Of a stretch of 64,000 bases of DNA, positions 17,530 to 32,478 are shown in pieces. The translations under genes and the position numbers were made by a program. Source of the stretch: Acidobacteriota bacterium (GTDB taxonomy: Bacteria > Acidobacteriota > Vicinamibacteria > Marinacidobacterales > SMYC01); the NCBI GenBank assembly GCA_004356105.1, contig SMYC01000060.1:1194-65193 (forward strand), given 5' to 3'. Position 1 is the first letter of the stretch. The number at the start of each line of letters is the position of its first letter. The notes below the pieces were generated by a model. It made no database searches, was not told the DNA's origin, and saw only the letters and a program-made list of their open reading frames with translations.

Positions 17530-19933
17530 ATGGCACTCGAAGCTGGGACCAGGCTAGGCGACTACGAAATTCTCTCGCCCATCGGCGCCGGAGACATGGA
17601 GAGGTCTATAAAGCGCGAGACGTGCGCCTCGACCGTATCGTGGCCATCAAGGTTCTACCGGCGCATCTTTCCGAGAACGCCCAGCTGCGGCAGCGCTTCG
17701 AGCAGGAGGCGCGCGCGATCTCGAGCCTCAATCATCCGAACATTTGTACGCTTCACGATATCCACCTTCGCCAAGGCTCCGGCGGACAAGCCGGCTATGA
17801 CGTCGATGTGGACTTCATGGTGATGGAGTACATCGAAGGGGAAACGCTTGCCCAGAGAATCGCGCGCGGCGCTATCCCGTTGGAAGAGGCCATCGAGATC
17901 GGCTTGCGGGTGGCGGATGCGCTCGACAAAGCGCACCGAAACGAGATCGTACATCGTGATGTGAAGCCCGGAAACATCATCTTGACGAAGTCCGGGCCCA
18001 AGCTTATCGATTTTGGACTGGCCAAGCGTCGTGTGACCGGAAGCAGCGAAAGCGATGCGTCGGCGGTCACGGAACAAAAGCCGTTAACGGAAGAAGGCGC
18101 GATTCTCGGAACGTTCCAGTACATGGCGCCGGAGCAGGTAGAGGCTCTGGATACGGATGCGCGGACCGACATCTTCGCCTTCGGCGCGCTTCTCTACGAA
18201 ATGCTGACCGGACGAAAGGCTTTCGAAGGCAGGAGCCAAGCGAGCCTCATCAACGCCATCCTGTCTTCGGAGCCGCAGCCGATCGCCGAGCTTCGTCCTA
18301 CGACACCTAGCAGGCTCGGGCGCATCGTACGGCGCTGCTTAGCGAAAGATCCTGACGATCGCTGGCAGTCGGCGCGCGACATGGTGCTCGAGCTTTCGTC
18401 TCTGAGCGACGAAGTCGACGCACCGTCGCCTATGGCGCCGGCATCCAGAACCGGTGAGCGGCTCCTTTGGACTCTAGCCCTAATGGCTGTTGCGATAACG
18501 GGTGTCGTGCTCAGGCATTCGGGAACCGCGGACACGACGCGGTTGTCTGTATCGCTCCCGCCGGGGCACCAACTCCTGGGCGGTAGTAGCGCCTTAGGAC
18601 GAATCGCATCCTTCGACATCTCACCGGACGGCCGGAACATCGTGTATGCAGCCCGGAGCAGTTTAGGGAGACAGCTCTACCTTCGCCGGCTGGGAGATTT
18701 CGAGGCCGTCGCCATTCCGGGTACGGAAGGCGCCTCAATGCCGTTTTTTTCTCCGGACGGAGAAAGGATCGCTTATTGGGCCGGGCCCGGGCTGGGTAGT
18801 CTCCGAAAGATTTCGATAGCCGGCGGGGCGTCTACGAAGATTTTCGATGGGAACTTTCGTAACGGTGGGAGCTGGGGACCGAACGGAACGATCGTGTTCG
18901 GCGGCCCGCAATTATCGCGCGTCCCCGAAGATGGCGGCGTGCTCGAGCCAATCGGCACAACGGAGCCCAATAGCGTTTTTTCCTGGCCACAAGTGCTGCC
19001 GGACGGCAAGGAAGTCCTCGTCACCGTGGCGCGGCGAGACCATGACCGCATCGTTGTGGTTTCGCTCGAAACGGGCGAGGCACGCACGGTACTCGAAGGA
19101 TACGGTAGTGCTCGCTACGTCTCGAGCGGCCACCTTATCGTTCACGACGTGCCGACAGCGAACCTGCTCGCCGTCGGCTTCGATCTCGCGAAACTCGAGG
19201 CTCACGGCGCCCCCGTGCCGGTCGTCGAGAACGTGTACGCGTCGCCACGCGGCTTCGCTCAATTCGCGGTTTCTGAAACCGGGGTCCTCGCCTATGCGCC
19301 CGCCGGACAAGGAGGCAACGCGCTCATCTGGGTGGATCGCGAAGGCCGCGCGAGCGAAGCCTGGGAAATCGAAAGAGGCGCCTACACCCATCCGCGCGTC
19401 TCGCCGGACGGCAGCACGCTTCTGTTCCTAGAGATACAAACGACAGGAGCCTCCGATTCCGATATCCTCATACTATCGGATGGCGGTGAGCCGGTTCGGT
19501 TTCTCTCGAGCCCGTTCAGGGAGCTGTCCCCCATCTTTTCCCCGGACGGTCGCTACATCGCCTACGTTTCAGACGAATCGGGACGATCCGAAGTGTACGT
19601 GCGTCCGTATCCTGCCGGTAACCAGAAGTGGGCCGTCTCGACCGACGGCGGCCAAGAGCCGGTCTGGTCCCGCGATGGGCGAGAGCTCTTTTATCGCAGC
19701 GGCACCAAGATGATGGTCGCCACCGTGCGTCTCGGCTCTTCCTTCGAGGCGGACAGACCGCGGCACCTGTTCGAAGCAACGTACTTCACAGACGGCGCCC
19801 ACCCCCGCCTACGACGTCGCACCGGACGGCCAACGCTTTCTCATGATCCAGGACAACGAAGAAGAACGCACACCAGTTGAACGTCGTCATCAACTGGTTC
19901 AAGGAGTTGAAGACAAATGTGCCCAACCCCTAG
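17530..19933 (+). pseudogene. Ser/Thr protein kinase fused to a C-terminal TolB-like (PD40) beta-propeller. About 3 single-base frameshifts.
   Basis: From ATG 17530 the sequence reads MALEAGTRLGDYEILSPIGAG, then the frame slips near 17599 (GAGDMERS should read GAGGMGEVYKARDV). The kinase motifs HRDVKPGNIIL, DFGLAK and APE are present. Frames change again near 19800 (ccccc run) and near 19873 before the final NVVINWFKELKTNVPNP* at 19933. Confidence 0.7.
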
Positions 19934-22853
19934 TCGTGTATGGGTCGTCATCGCGCTGACCGCGGCGAACCTGGCCACCGCGCAAACCTCCTACAGCCCC
20001 GAGAGCTTCGCCGCTCTCGAGTGGCGCAACATAGGACCGAACCGAGGCGGCCGATCAATCGCCGTGGCCGGAAGCCCGAGCCGGCCGCTCGAGTATTACT
20101 TCGGCGCCACTGGTGGCGGGCTTTGGAAGACCACCGATGGCGGCGTAAGCTGGCGGCCCATGACCGACGGCCAGATAAATAGCTCCTCCGTCGGCGCGGT
20201 GGCCGTCGCGCCGTCGAATCCCGACATCATCTATATAGGCATGGGCGAAGTGCAGCTTCGCGGAAACGTCATGCAAGGCGACGGCATATACAAGTCCACG
20301 GACGCGGGCGCGAGCTGGGAGCACATGGGACTCGCCGCGACACGCGCCGTCGCACGCATTCGCGTCCATCCCGAAAACCCCGACCTCGTCTACGTCGCCG
20401 CACTCGGCGATCCGACCGGCGGAAACGACGAGCGCGGAATTTTTCGAAGCCGAAACGGCGGCCAAGATTGGGAGAAGATTCTCTTCGAGAGCCCGCAGAC
20501 GGGCGCGGTCGATCTGTTGCTCGACCCGTCGAGCCCAAACGTTCTCTACGCCTCGATGTGGCAGGTCTACCGCAACGCCTATCAGCTCTGGAGCGGCGGC
20601 CCGGAGTCGGGACTCTTCAAGTCGACCGACGGCGGCGATCATTGGACCGCGCTCACGACGAAGCCGGGATTTCCCGTAGGTCCTCTTGGAAAGATCGGCA
20701 TTGCCATCGCCGCCAATGGCAGAAGGCTCTACGCCGTCATCGAGGCCGAGGCCGGCGGGCTCTACCGCTCAGACGACCGAGGCGAAAGCTGGGAGCACGT
20801 GAACAGCTCCCGCGATCTCTGGCAACGTTCCTTCTACTTCAATCGCGTCGCGGCCGACCCGAAAGATCCGGACACCGTCTACGTTTTGAACTTTCTTCTG
20901 TTCAAGTCGGAAGATGCCGGCGAAACATTCGAGCAAGTGCGCACGCCGCACGCGGACCATCATGAGCTTTGGATCGACCCGAACGACCCCACGCGCATGA
21001 TATGCGGCAATGACGGCGGCGGGACGGTCTCGACGAATGGCGGTGTGAGCTGGACGCCGCAAAACTACCCGACAGCGCAGATGTATCACGTCAACACCAC
21101 GGCGGAATTTCCCTATCACGTCGTCGGCGCCCAACAAGACAATTCAACGGCGGCGGTTCCGAGCTACGTCGATGGATGGTGGACGACGCCTCGAGGGCGG
21201 CCCGGCGATGATTACTACGCGGTGGGCGGCGGTGAGAACGCCTATGTCGCCACGCATCCTGGCAATCCCAACGTCTTTTTCGCGGGCGCGACGAACACGC
21301 TTACCCGCTTCGATCGAGCAACAGGCGCCGCGAGCGACGTGCAGCCCTATCCGCGGATCTTCATGGGCGAGTCGTCACGCGACATCCCGGAGCGCTGGAA
21401 CTGGGTCTACCCCATCGTGATGACACAGAGCGTGCCGCACACACTCTACGCGGGCTCGCAGCACGTTTGGCGCTCGCGCGACGAAGGGATTTCATGGGAA
21501 AAGATCAGCCCCGACCTCACGCGCGCGGACCCTGAAACCCTTGGGCCTTCCGGCGGACCCATCGTACTCGACCAAGACGGGCCTGAAGTCTACGCGACCG
21601 TCTTCACCATCGCCCCTTCGGAGCGGGACGCTCGAGTCGTCTGGGCGGGCTCCGACGACGGACTTGTGCACATAACAAGAGACAGCGGGACCGAATGGCG
21701 CAACGTTACGCCGAAAGCAATGGTGCGCGACACAAGGGTCAGCCTCATCGAAGCGTCCCCCCACGACCCGGCGGCGGCCTACGTCGCCGCGAAACGAAAC
21801 CAAATGGGCGACCGCGCGCCGTACATCTGGAAGACCGACGATTACGGCGAAACCTGGACGTCGATCACGAGCGGCATCGCGGCCGAGGACTTCGTCCACG
21901 CGATTCGAGAGGACCCCAAACGGGGCGGCCTTCTCTATGCCGGGACCGAGCACGGCATTTACGTCTCTTTCAACGACGGCGAGCGCTGGCAGTCGCTATC
22001 ACTGAATCTTCCCGACGTGCAGGTACCGGACCTCATCGTCGAAGAGCGCGACCTCGTCATCGCAACTCACGGGCGGTCCTTTTACGTGCTCGACGATATC
22101 GGGCCGCTCCGGCAAGTCGGGCGCGCATCGTTTCGTCCTACCGACGCCGTCCGCCGTATTTATCCCGCCAACATCGACCTGTACCTCGAGCCTTCGGAGC
22201 GCGTAGACGCCGTCGAGATTCTCGATGCGCGAGGCGAGCTCGTGCGTCGCTTGTCGATCGATGGGCTCGAGACGGGTTTGAATCGGCTGGTGTGGGACCT
22301 GCGCTACGCCGGCGCGACCGTGTTCGAGGGGATGGTGCTCGAGAGCCCGAGCCCGCGCCGCGGACCTTGGGCGCCGCCGGGCTCTTATAGCGCTCTCATC
22401 CGCACGTCACGCCAGGCCACGACGGAAGCGTTCGCAGTGCTGAAAGACCCGCGGCTCGAGCACGTCTCGATCGCCGACCTCGAGGAGCAGTTTCGCTTGG
22501 CGAGCCAGGTTCGCGATCGAACGAGCGAGGCGAATGAAGCCGTCATCGCGATTCGTCAGCTCAAGAAAGAGCTGGACGCATCGGGCGCACCCCGATCGCT
22601 CGCCGAGCGACTGACCACCATCGAAGCCAATCTCTACCAAATCAAGAACCAGAGCCCAAAGGACAAGATCGCTTTCCCGATCCAGCTCAACGACCGGCTC
22701 GCGGGCCTCTTGTTCAACATCCAGCGCGCCGACGGACGGCCGAACCGCGCGCACTACCAGGTCTTCGATGAGTTATCGACTGAGCTCGACGGTTACCTCT
22801 CGGAGCTAGAGAAGGTCGTGAGCGAAGCGCAAGAAGCGCTTGCGAGTCGCTAG
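19917..22853 (+). CDS. Secreted BNR/Asp-box repeat protein, sortilin/VPS10-like (glycoside-hydrolase-like beta-propeller).
   Basis: It has a signal peptide, repeated S-x-D-x-G-x-T-W motifs, and an N-terminal WRNIGPNRGG...GGGLWKTTDGGVSW. The protein is 978 aa. Confidence 0.7.
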   Translation: MCPTPSRVWVVIALTAANLATAQTSYSPESFAALEWRNIGPNRGGRSIAVAGSPSRPLEYYFGATGGGLWKTTDGGVSWRPMTDGQINSSSVGAVAVAPSNPDIIYIGMGEVQLRGNVMQGDGIYKSTDAGASWEHMGLAATRAVARIRVHPENPDLVYVAALGDPTGGNDERGIFRSRNGGQDWEKILFESPQTGAVDLLLDPSSPNVLYASMWQVYRNAYQLWSGGPESGLFKSTDGGDHWTALTTKPGFPVGPLGKIGIAIAANGRRLYAVIEAEAGGLYRSDDRGESWEHVNSSRDLWQRSFYFNRVAADPKDPDTVYVLNFLLFKSEDAGETFEQVRTPHADHHELWIDPNDPTRMICGNDGGGTVSTNGGVSWTPQNYPTAQMYHVNTTAEFPYHVVGAQQDNSTAAVPSYVDGWWTTPRGRPGDDYYAVGGGENAYVATHPGNPNVFFAGATNTLTRFDRATGAASDVQPYPRIFMGESSRDIPERWNWVYPIVMTQSVPHTLYAGSQHVWRSRDEGISWEKISPDLTRADPETLGPSGGPIVLDQDGPEVYATVFTIAPSERDARVVWAGSDDGLVHITRDSGTEWRNVTPKAMVRDTRVSLIEASPHDPAAAYVAAKRNQMGDRAPYIWKTDDYGETWTSITSGIAAEDFVHAIREDPKRGGLLYAGTEHGIYVSFNDGERWQSLSLNLPDVQVPDLIVEERDLVIATHGRSFYVLDDIGPLRQVGRASFRPTDAVRRIYPANIDLYLEPSERVDAVEILDARGELVRRLSIDGLETGLNRLVWDLRYAGATVFEGMVLESPSPRRGPWAPPGSYSALIRTSRQATTEAFAVLKDPRLEHVSIADLEEQFRLASQVRDRTSEANEAVIAIRQLKKELDASGAPRSLAERLTTIEANLYQIKNQSPKDKIAFPIQLNDRLAGLLFNIQRADGRPNRAHYQVFDELSTELDGYLSELEKVVSEAQEALASR

Positions 22854-22874
22854 CCTACGGCCTAAGATTTCATC

Positions 22875-24146
22875 GTGAGGAGAATATCGATGTCGAAGAG
22901 AACCACAATCGCAGCCCTCCTGCTCGTCGCTACCGCGGGATTCGGCGAAGACAAAGTTCACATGCTCACCGTCGACGGCGAGGGCTCGCGTTATTGGCCC
23001 AGCTGGCGCGGGCCGTCGGGCCAAGGCTACGTTGTAGGCTCCGGTTACCCCGATCGCTGGTCGGACTCCGAGAACGTGATCTGGAAAGTCGCCGTGCCCG
23101 GCGCGGGCAACTCCTCACCCATCGTTTGGGCCGATCGAATCTTTCTGACGACAGCCGAAGAAGGCGGGAGGCGCCTCTCTCTCTTGAGCTACCGCCGCTC
23201 GGACGGAAAGCTGCTTTGGAAGACCGCCGTCCAGCAGAAAGGCATCGAGAAAGGCCACGGCAAGAACGGACACGCTTCGGCCACGCCGATTACCGACGGA
23301 CAGTTGATTTATGCCTCCTTCGGCACCCACGGCCTCGTCGCGATGGATTTCGACGGCCAGATCGTTTGGCAAAGCGAGGTCGGGACCCTCGACAACTATC
23401 ACGGGTCTGCCGGCTCTCCGATTTTCTACAAAGACAAGGTCATCCTGTACCAGGATCACCAGGGGCAGTCTTTCGTTGCGGCCTTCAACAAGAAGAGCGG
23501 CGAGCGTGTTTGGCGCACCGAACGCAGCACGCGCACCGGTTGGGGAACGCCGGTCGTTATCAACGCCGATGGGCGAGATGAGCTCATCGTCTCGAGCCAA
23601 GGCAATGTGACGGCCTATAACCCGGAAAGCGGCGGCGAGCTATGGACCGTCACGGGCAACAAGTTCGAAGTCATCCCCACGCCGGTTGTCGGGCATGATC
23701 TCGTCTTCGCGTCTTCGGGAAGGGCGGGACCGACGCTCGCGATCCGGCCGGGCGGAAGCGGCGATGTTACCGACACGCATGTCGTCTGGAAGAGCCCCAA
23801 AGGGGCGCCCTTCGTTCCGTCGGCCATCATCGTCGAAGGACAGCTCTACACGATCAACGATATGCAGGCCATCGTGACGAGCTTCGAAGCAGAGACCGGC
23901 AAGGTGCTGTTCCAAGGCAGGCTGGGAAACGCGCCGCGAGAAGGTTTCTCGGCTTCTCCCGTCGTCGTCGACGGAAAGGTGTTCTTCACGAATGATGAAG
24001 GTGAGACCTTCGTGCTCAAAGCGGGTCCGACGTTCGAGCTTCTCCACGTGAACCGCATAGGCGCACGCACCCTCGCCTCGCCCGCCCTCGTGGACGGACG
24101 CTGGTACTTCAGAACGGAGCGCGAGCTTCTCTGTATCGGAAGCTGA
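22875..24146 (+). CDS. Secreted PQQ-like beta-propeller repeat protein (BamB-like).
   Basis: It has a signal peptide and repeated PQQ-type motifs (LLWKTAV, IVWQSEV, GELWTVTG). Confidence 0.75.
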   Translation: MRRISMSKRTTIAALLLVATAGFGEDKVHMLTVDGEGSRYWPSWRGPSGQGYVVGSGYPDRWSDSENVIWKVAVPGAGNSSPIVWADRIFLTTAEEGGRRLSLLSYRRSDGKLLWKTAVQQKGIEKGHGKNGHASATPITDGQLIYASFGTHGLVAMDFDGQIVWQSEVGTLDNYHGSAGSPIFYKDKVILYQDHQGQSFVAAFNKKSGERVWRTERSTRTGWGTPVVINADGRDELIVSSQGNVTAYNPESGGELWTVTGNKFEVIPTPVVGHDLVFASSGRAGPTLAIRPGGSGDVTDTHVVWKSPKGAPFVPSAIIVEGQLYTINDMQAIVTSFEAETGKVLFQGRLGNAPREGFSASPVVVDGKVFFTNDEGETFVLKAGPTFELLHVNRIGARTLASPALVDGRWYFRTERELLCIGS

Positions 24147-24193
24147 CGAAGGCAGCGCCAGCTACCAGACGGCTTTTTGGTAGTGATCGTGAA

Positions 24194-24418
24194 TCAGAGA
24201 GTCCTTCGTGACCAAAGCTGCATCGTGGATCGAGGCCTCCCCACAACGATCCTATCGAACGGGTCTTTCGTCCACGACTGACGACTAGCTTCAGCAACGA
24301 CCCTCTCGAAGGTCGTCGTGGATCGTTCGAGTCTGATTCGACTCTCCAAATAAGAAACCATTGTTTCGCCGGATTCGTACACGCGTCCGATCTCTCGAAG
24401 CAAATCGATCTCTAGCAA
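24194..24418 (-). CDS. Hypothetical small protein of 74 aa.
   Basis: Supported only by ORF length and moderate coding bias. A TATAAT box flanked by an inverted repeat lies just upstream. Confidence 0.3.
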   Translation of the reverse strand: MLEIDLLREIGRVYESGETMVSYLESRIRLERSTTTFERVVAEASRQSWTKDPFDRIVVGRPRSTMQLWSRRTL

Positions 24419-24452
24419 GCGTCGAAGCCGTAACTGTAGGCATTTTTCTTGC

Positions 24453-24490
24453 CACCCCAGTATCGTACGTACGTATTATAGTAAAGATAC
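24453..24490 (-). promoter_or_regulatory. Candidate promoter with operator: a perfect TATAAT (minus strand) bracketed by the inverted repeat cgtacgta / tacgtacg.
   Basis: The + strand reads atcgtacgtacgtattatagtaaagatacgtacgag, and its reverse complement contains ctttacTATAATacgtacgtacga. It lies 35-70 bp upstream of the start of ORF 24194-24418. Confidence 0.4.
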
Positions 24491-24513
24491 GTACGAGTTG
24501 ACCGCAGAAATCT

Positions 24514-25041
24514 TTAGCTGTCGAGAATTGTTTTCCGAAGCTCTTGCCGCTTGCCAGAATCCGTCACCATCCATTGGAGCGCGTATTCCACCGCTTCCTC
24601 AGCGGTGCCAACCTTGACCATCTTGCGCGCGAGGTCTTCTGGGTCCTTGCCGAAGAGGATCCCGTCGAACGGGATGTAGAGGATCGTAGCGCCTTCCTTC
24701 GATAGGGGCCGGTGGGTGGAGCCTTGGCTGTAAAACACGACCGAGCCCGCCGGGTAGGTGTTGATCACGCCGCCCTCCATGTCGCCGTCGAAATATTCGC
24801 CTTCGACGACATAGCTGAACTCGCCGCCCGGATGGCAATGCGGCCCTTGTTGCAGGCAGCCCTTCGGCATCGAGAGAAGGGTAGGGCTGATCCGAGCGCC
24901 TTGTCGGAAGAAGTCTTGGAAGCTGTCGCCGAGGACGGCGAAGTCGAGCTTGGACGGATCGAGCTTCTGTTCGAGTCCGACGCCCGAGTTCACGAACGTG
25001 TCCGTTCTCGTGATCTTGGAAAAGCCTTCGAGAAAATTCAT
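24514..25041 (-). CDS. Cupin-domain protein (ChrR-like / cupin_7 family).
   Basis: It has a G-x5-H-x-H...E-like cupin core (QQGPHCHPGGEFSYVVEGEYFD). Confidence 0.7.
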   Translation of the reverse strand: MNFLEGFSKITRTDTFVNSGVGLEQKLDPSKLDFAVLGDSFQDFFRQGARISPTLLSMPKGCLQQGPHCHPGGEFSYVVEGEYFDGDMEGGVINTYPAGSVVFYSQGSTHRPLSKEGATILYIPFDGILFGKDPEDLARKMVKVGTAEEAVEYALQWMVTDSGKRQELRKTILDS

Positions 25042-25425
25042 GGCGCGATCCTACTACATCCAAATAGCAAGAGCCCCGGCTCGCATCCGCGAGACCGGGG
25101 CTCGGTAGCTTCGCTTTGGCGGCGTGGGCTCCCCCTCCAAGATTTAACTTGGGGGACGCACCCTCGCTACGCACGAAGAGTGCTGCCCACTAAGGGGACG
25201 CCACCTCCACGGAAACTGTAGTACTACTCACTAGGCCACCTCCTTTCCGGACGTTCCAACGATTGACGGGGCCCGCCCGTCCAGCTCTCAGGGCCGCCCA
25301 CAACCCGCCCGGAGCCGCCACACGCCTACACTATTGAGGCGCACGGAGTAGAACTTAACCTCACGATGGCCCAGATCGCGTGTTTTGTCAATAGAGATCC
25401 GGTCAACCGGTCAACGGCCTCGATC

Positions 25426-26139
25426 TCAGAGCGTATAGGCCTCCGCAAGCGGGATCCCGGCTTCGATCTTGCGCCGCGTGTCGTCTTCCTCCTGTTGAAG
25501 CTCGTCCGCGGCACGTGCAACTTCGACGAGCGCGTCCTGCGGGACAACAATGACACCATCGCCATCCGCGACGACAACATCGCCGGGCCGCACGTCGACA
25601 CCGCCGCAGACGATGGGAACGTTCGCGGCGACCGGCCGGATCGCGTCACCCGGCCCGTACAACACCGTACCTTTGGCAAATACAGGAAAGCCGTAAGATT
25701 CCATCGCAGCAACGTCCCGGCATCCGCTGTCGGTGATGGCGCCCGACATCCCTTTGCGCTGGCACGCGAGCCCGATGACATCGCCGAACATGCTCAAAAG
25801 CCGCTCCGTCCCGCTCTCGATGATCCAGATCGAGCCCGCTGGGGCTTCGTCCACGGGCTCGAAGACGAAGCGGCGGACGGCCGCGCTGCTCATCCCCTCG
25901 CGAGTGAGCTCCCACTTCGTCGTGACCGCGGGCCCGGCGATAGGACCGGCGTGGCCCGCCACCGGGCGGATATCCGTGGACATCGTCAAGCGACGTGGGT
26001 CGTGGCCAACCTTACGAAGCGCGTCCGCCACCAGGCTGGCGCTCGCTCCCTCTAGGCTTGATGCCGATGTCGTTTGAGCTCCAGTCGGGCTCGCGGCTAG
26101 GAGGGCGCTTCCCTTCAACAAAGACCGTCGGGTCATGTG
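25426..26139 (-). CDS. RraA-like protein (RraA / 4-hydroxy-4-methyl-2-oxoglutarate aldolase / DMK methyltransferase family) with a Tat-type signal.
   Basis: The N-terminus RRSLLKGSALLAA is Tat-like, and the core matches the RraA family (GDVIGLACQRKGMSGAITDSGCRD). Confidence 0.75.
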   Translation of the reverse strand, partial: HMTRRSLLKGSALLAASPTGAQTTSASSLEGASASLVADALRKVGHDPRRLTMSTDIRPVAGHAGPIAGPAVTTKWELTREGMSSAAVRRFVFEPVDEAPAGSIWIIESGTERLLSMFGDVIGLACQRKGMSGAITDSGCRDVAAMESYGFPVFAKGTVLYGPGDAIRPVAANVPIVCGGVDVRPGDVVVADGDGVIVVPQDALVEVARAADELQQEEDDTRRKIEAGIPLAEAYTL

Positions 26140-26199
26140 CATCACTCGTAGGCTCCTTTTCTTGCTTCGATCGTTCTGTTTAGATCCTATATCGCGAAG

Positions 26200-26612
26200 C
26201 TAGTGTGAGCTCGGAAGCGGCATCTGCTCACTGTCGCTGTCTCGGGCCGCCTCGAAGGCCGGAACCGGCTCGTCGGAGCGGACTTGCTCGAGCCAGAACA
26301 CACCATCATTAGGAACGCTGTTCCCGCGCGTCGAGACGAAATCGACATCGCCGTCTCCGTCCATGTCGCGCGGGATGAATTTGTCGTACATGCCTCGCTT
26401 CCGCCGCGAGATGTCGTGACGCCAATGGCAACGTCTTCCGCGGCGCCCGCTTCCTCGCCTTCGGCGAGCGTCACGAGCTCCCAGATGTCCGGATCCGCCG
26501 AGCCGAAAGCGATGCGCACGTGGCCGTCGGACACGGTACACGACACCGCAACAAGAGCCGCTGCAAACGCCGCGTGAAGCTCGCTAATTGTCCAGATTGC
26601 TGCGAATCTCAT
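26200..26612 (-). pseudogene. Possible frameshifted small secreted FG-GAP/VCBS-repeat-like protein.
   Basis: ORF 26187-26612 (signal-like N-terminus) and ORF 26200-26541 (DMDGDGDVDFVSTRGNSVPNDGVFW, an FG-GAP-like Ca-binding repeat) sit in different frames over the same span. Confidence 0.3.
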
Positions 26613-26642
26613 GGTGCCGAAGATAGCACGGCAGAGTAGAAT

Positions 26643-27104
26643 GTGGCGCGGAGGTCACCCATGCATCGATTTCTCGGAGCTCTCGTCCTTGCCGCCGCCA
26701 CGATGGCCTCGGCCGCGGAGCACCCGCCCGTCGCCGGGCACGTCACGTTTCTCTACTTCAACGACCTCGACAAGGCGAATCATTTCTACGGCGAGGTGCT
26801 CGGCCTTGAAACCGCCTTCGACCTCGAATGGGTCAACATTTACAAGCTCTCACCCACCTCGTCCGTGGGTCTCGTCAACGCTTCGGGCGGCGCACACAAA
26901 CCTTCTGCCGACAAACCAGTGATGGTGAGCATGGTCGTCGAGGAGAAAGACGTCGACGCGTGGTGGGAATACCTGAAAAGCAAGGGCGTCGACGTGGGTG
27001 ATGGCCCGGGCATCGGAGCCGACGGCCATGTGAAGGCATTCGGCTTCACAGACCCCGAGGGCTATACGCTCGAGGTCTTCGCGTGGATCGACCATCCAAA
27101 ATAA
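26643..27104 (+). CDS. Secreted VOC-family (glyoxalase/bleomycin-resistance fold) protein.
   Basis: It has a signal peptide, and the H...E residues are spaced as expected for VOC proteins (HVTFLYFNDLDKANHFYGEVLGLE...GYTLEVF). Confidence 0.75.
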   Translation: MARRSPMHRFLGALVLAAATMASAAEHPPVAGHVTFLYFNDLDKANHFYGEVLGLETAFDLEWVNIYKLSPTSSVGLVNASGGAHKPSADKPVMVSMVVEEKDVDAWWEYLKSKGVDVGDGPGIGADGHVKAFGFTDPEGYTLEVFAWIDHPK

Positions 27105-27551
27105 TCGACGCGGATCCAAAATTTGGTTCTTGTTCTTTGCTTTTTTACATAGTGTGTAGCTTTTTCACCGCCTACACGATCCCATAGTTAGCTTTGACCG
27201 CGTAAACACCGCTCCGAATGCGCCGTTCGTGAATCCGGCGTGAACCGCTTGCGTTGGCCCGTGATTTGCATAAGAGTAGTACAGAGGGCAGAAGGTAGCT
27301 TCGCTCTCTACACCTAGAGTCGCAAGGAAGCGAACGATGCATAGCAACAGGGAAGTGAAGGTAACCGAACCCGAGCCGCTGAACGACTCCGAAGGCCTGT
27401 ACCACGAAGCCCAGGCCGACGGGGTTCCGTACGACGAAGAGCTCGAGCCCTTCACCAAAGATTTACCGAAGCTGGATATCTCCAGAAACTGACGCGAGTC
27501 AAGCATCCTTCCCCCAAGGATTTAGGCACGGTCGTAAGGTACACTGGTACC

Positions 27552-27827
27552 ATGGCCAAGCGTAGCTCGCCCCGAAAGCCCGAAATCATCGTCGAGCGTG
27601 TCCAAACAGGCGTCCGCATCGAGAAGCGTCTGCTCAAAGTCCTGAAAGGTATCGCCGAATACCACGACATGAGCCTCGGCGACCTCCTCGAAGGCATCGT
27701 CCTCCATGCTTTCGACGGCAAATGCGCCTTCGAAAGCAACAGTCTCGAACGCATCAGGAACTTGAAGAAGGTCTATGGCCTAAACCTCGACGCGAGCCAC
27801 AGCCACAAGCTCCGCGAAAAGCCCTAG
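27552..27827 (+). CDS. Hypothetical protein of 91 aa.
   Basis: It has a strong GC3 bias, and an AT-richer 400-bp region lies upstream. No domain was recognised. Confidence 0.5.
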   Translation: MAKRSSPRKPEIIVERVQTGVRIEKRLLKVLKGIAEYHDMSLGDLLEGIVLHAFDGKCAFESNSLERIRNLKKVYGLNLDASHSHKLREKP

Positions 27828-27829
27828 CG

Positions 27830-32468
<4,639 letters not shown>

Positions 32469-32478
32469 AAGGACGTGC

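Noticed and set aside
25140-25330. tmRNA or RNase P RNA in the cupin/RraA spacer.
   Set aside because: There is no tRNA-like 3' end (no GGTTCGANTCC...CCA) and no RNase P P4 consensus (AGGAAAGTCCGGGCTCC). Only a weak SRP-like motif remains, reported as a low-confidence finding.
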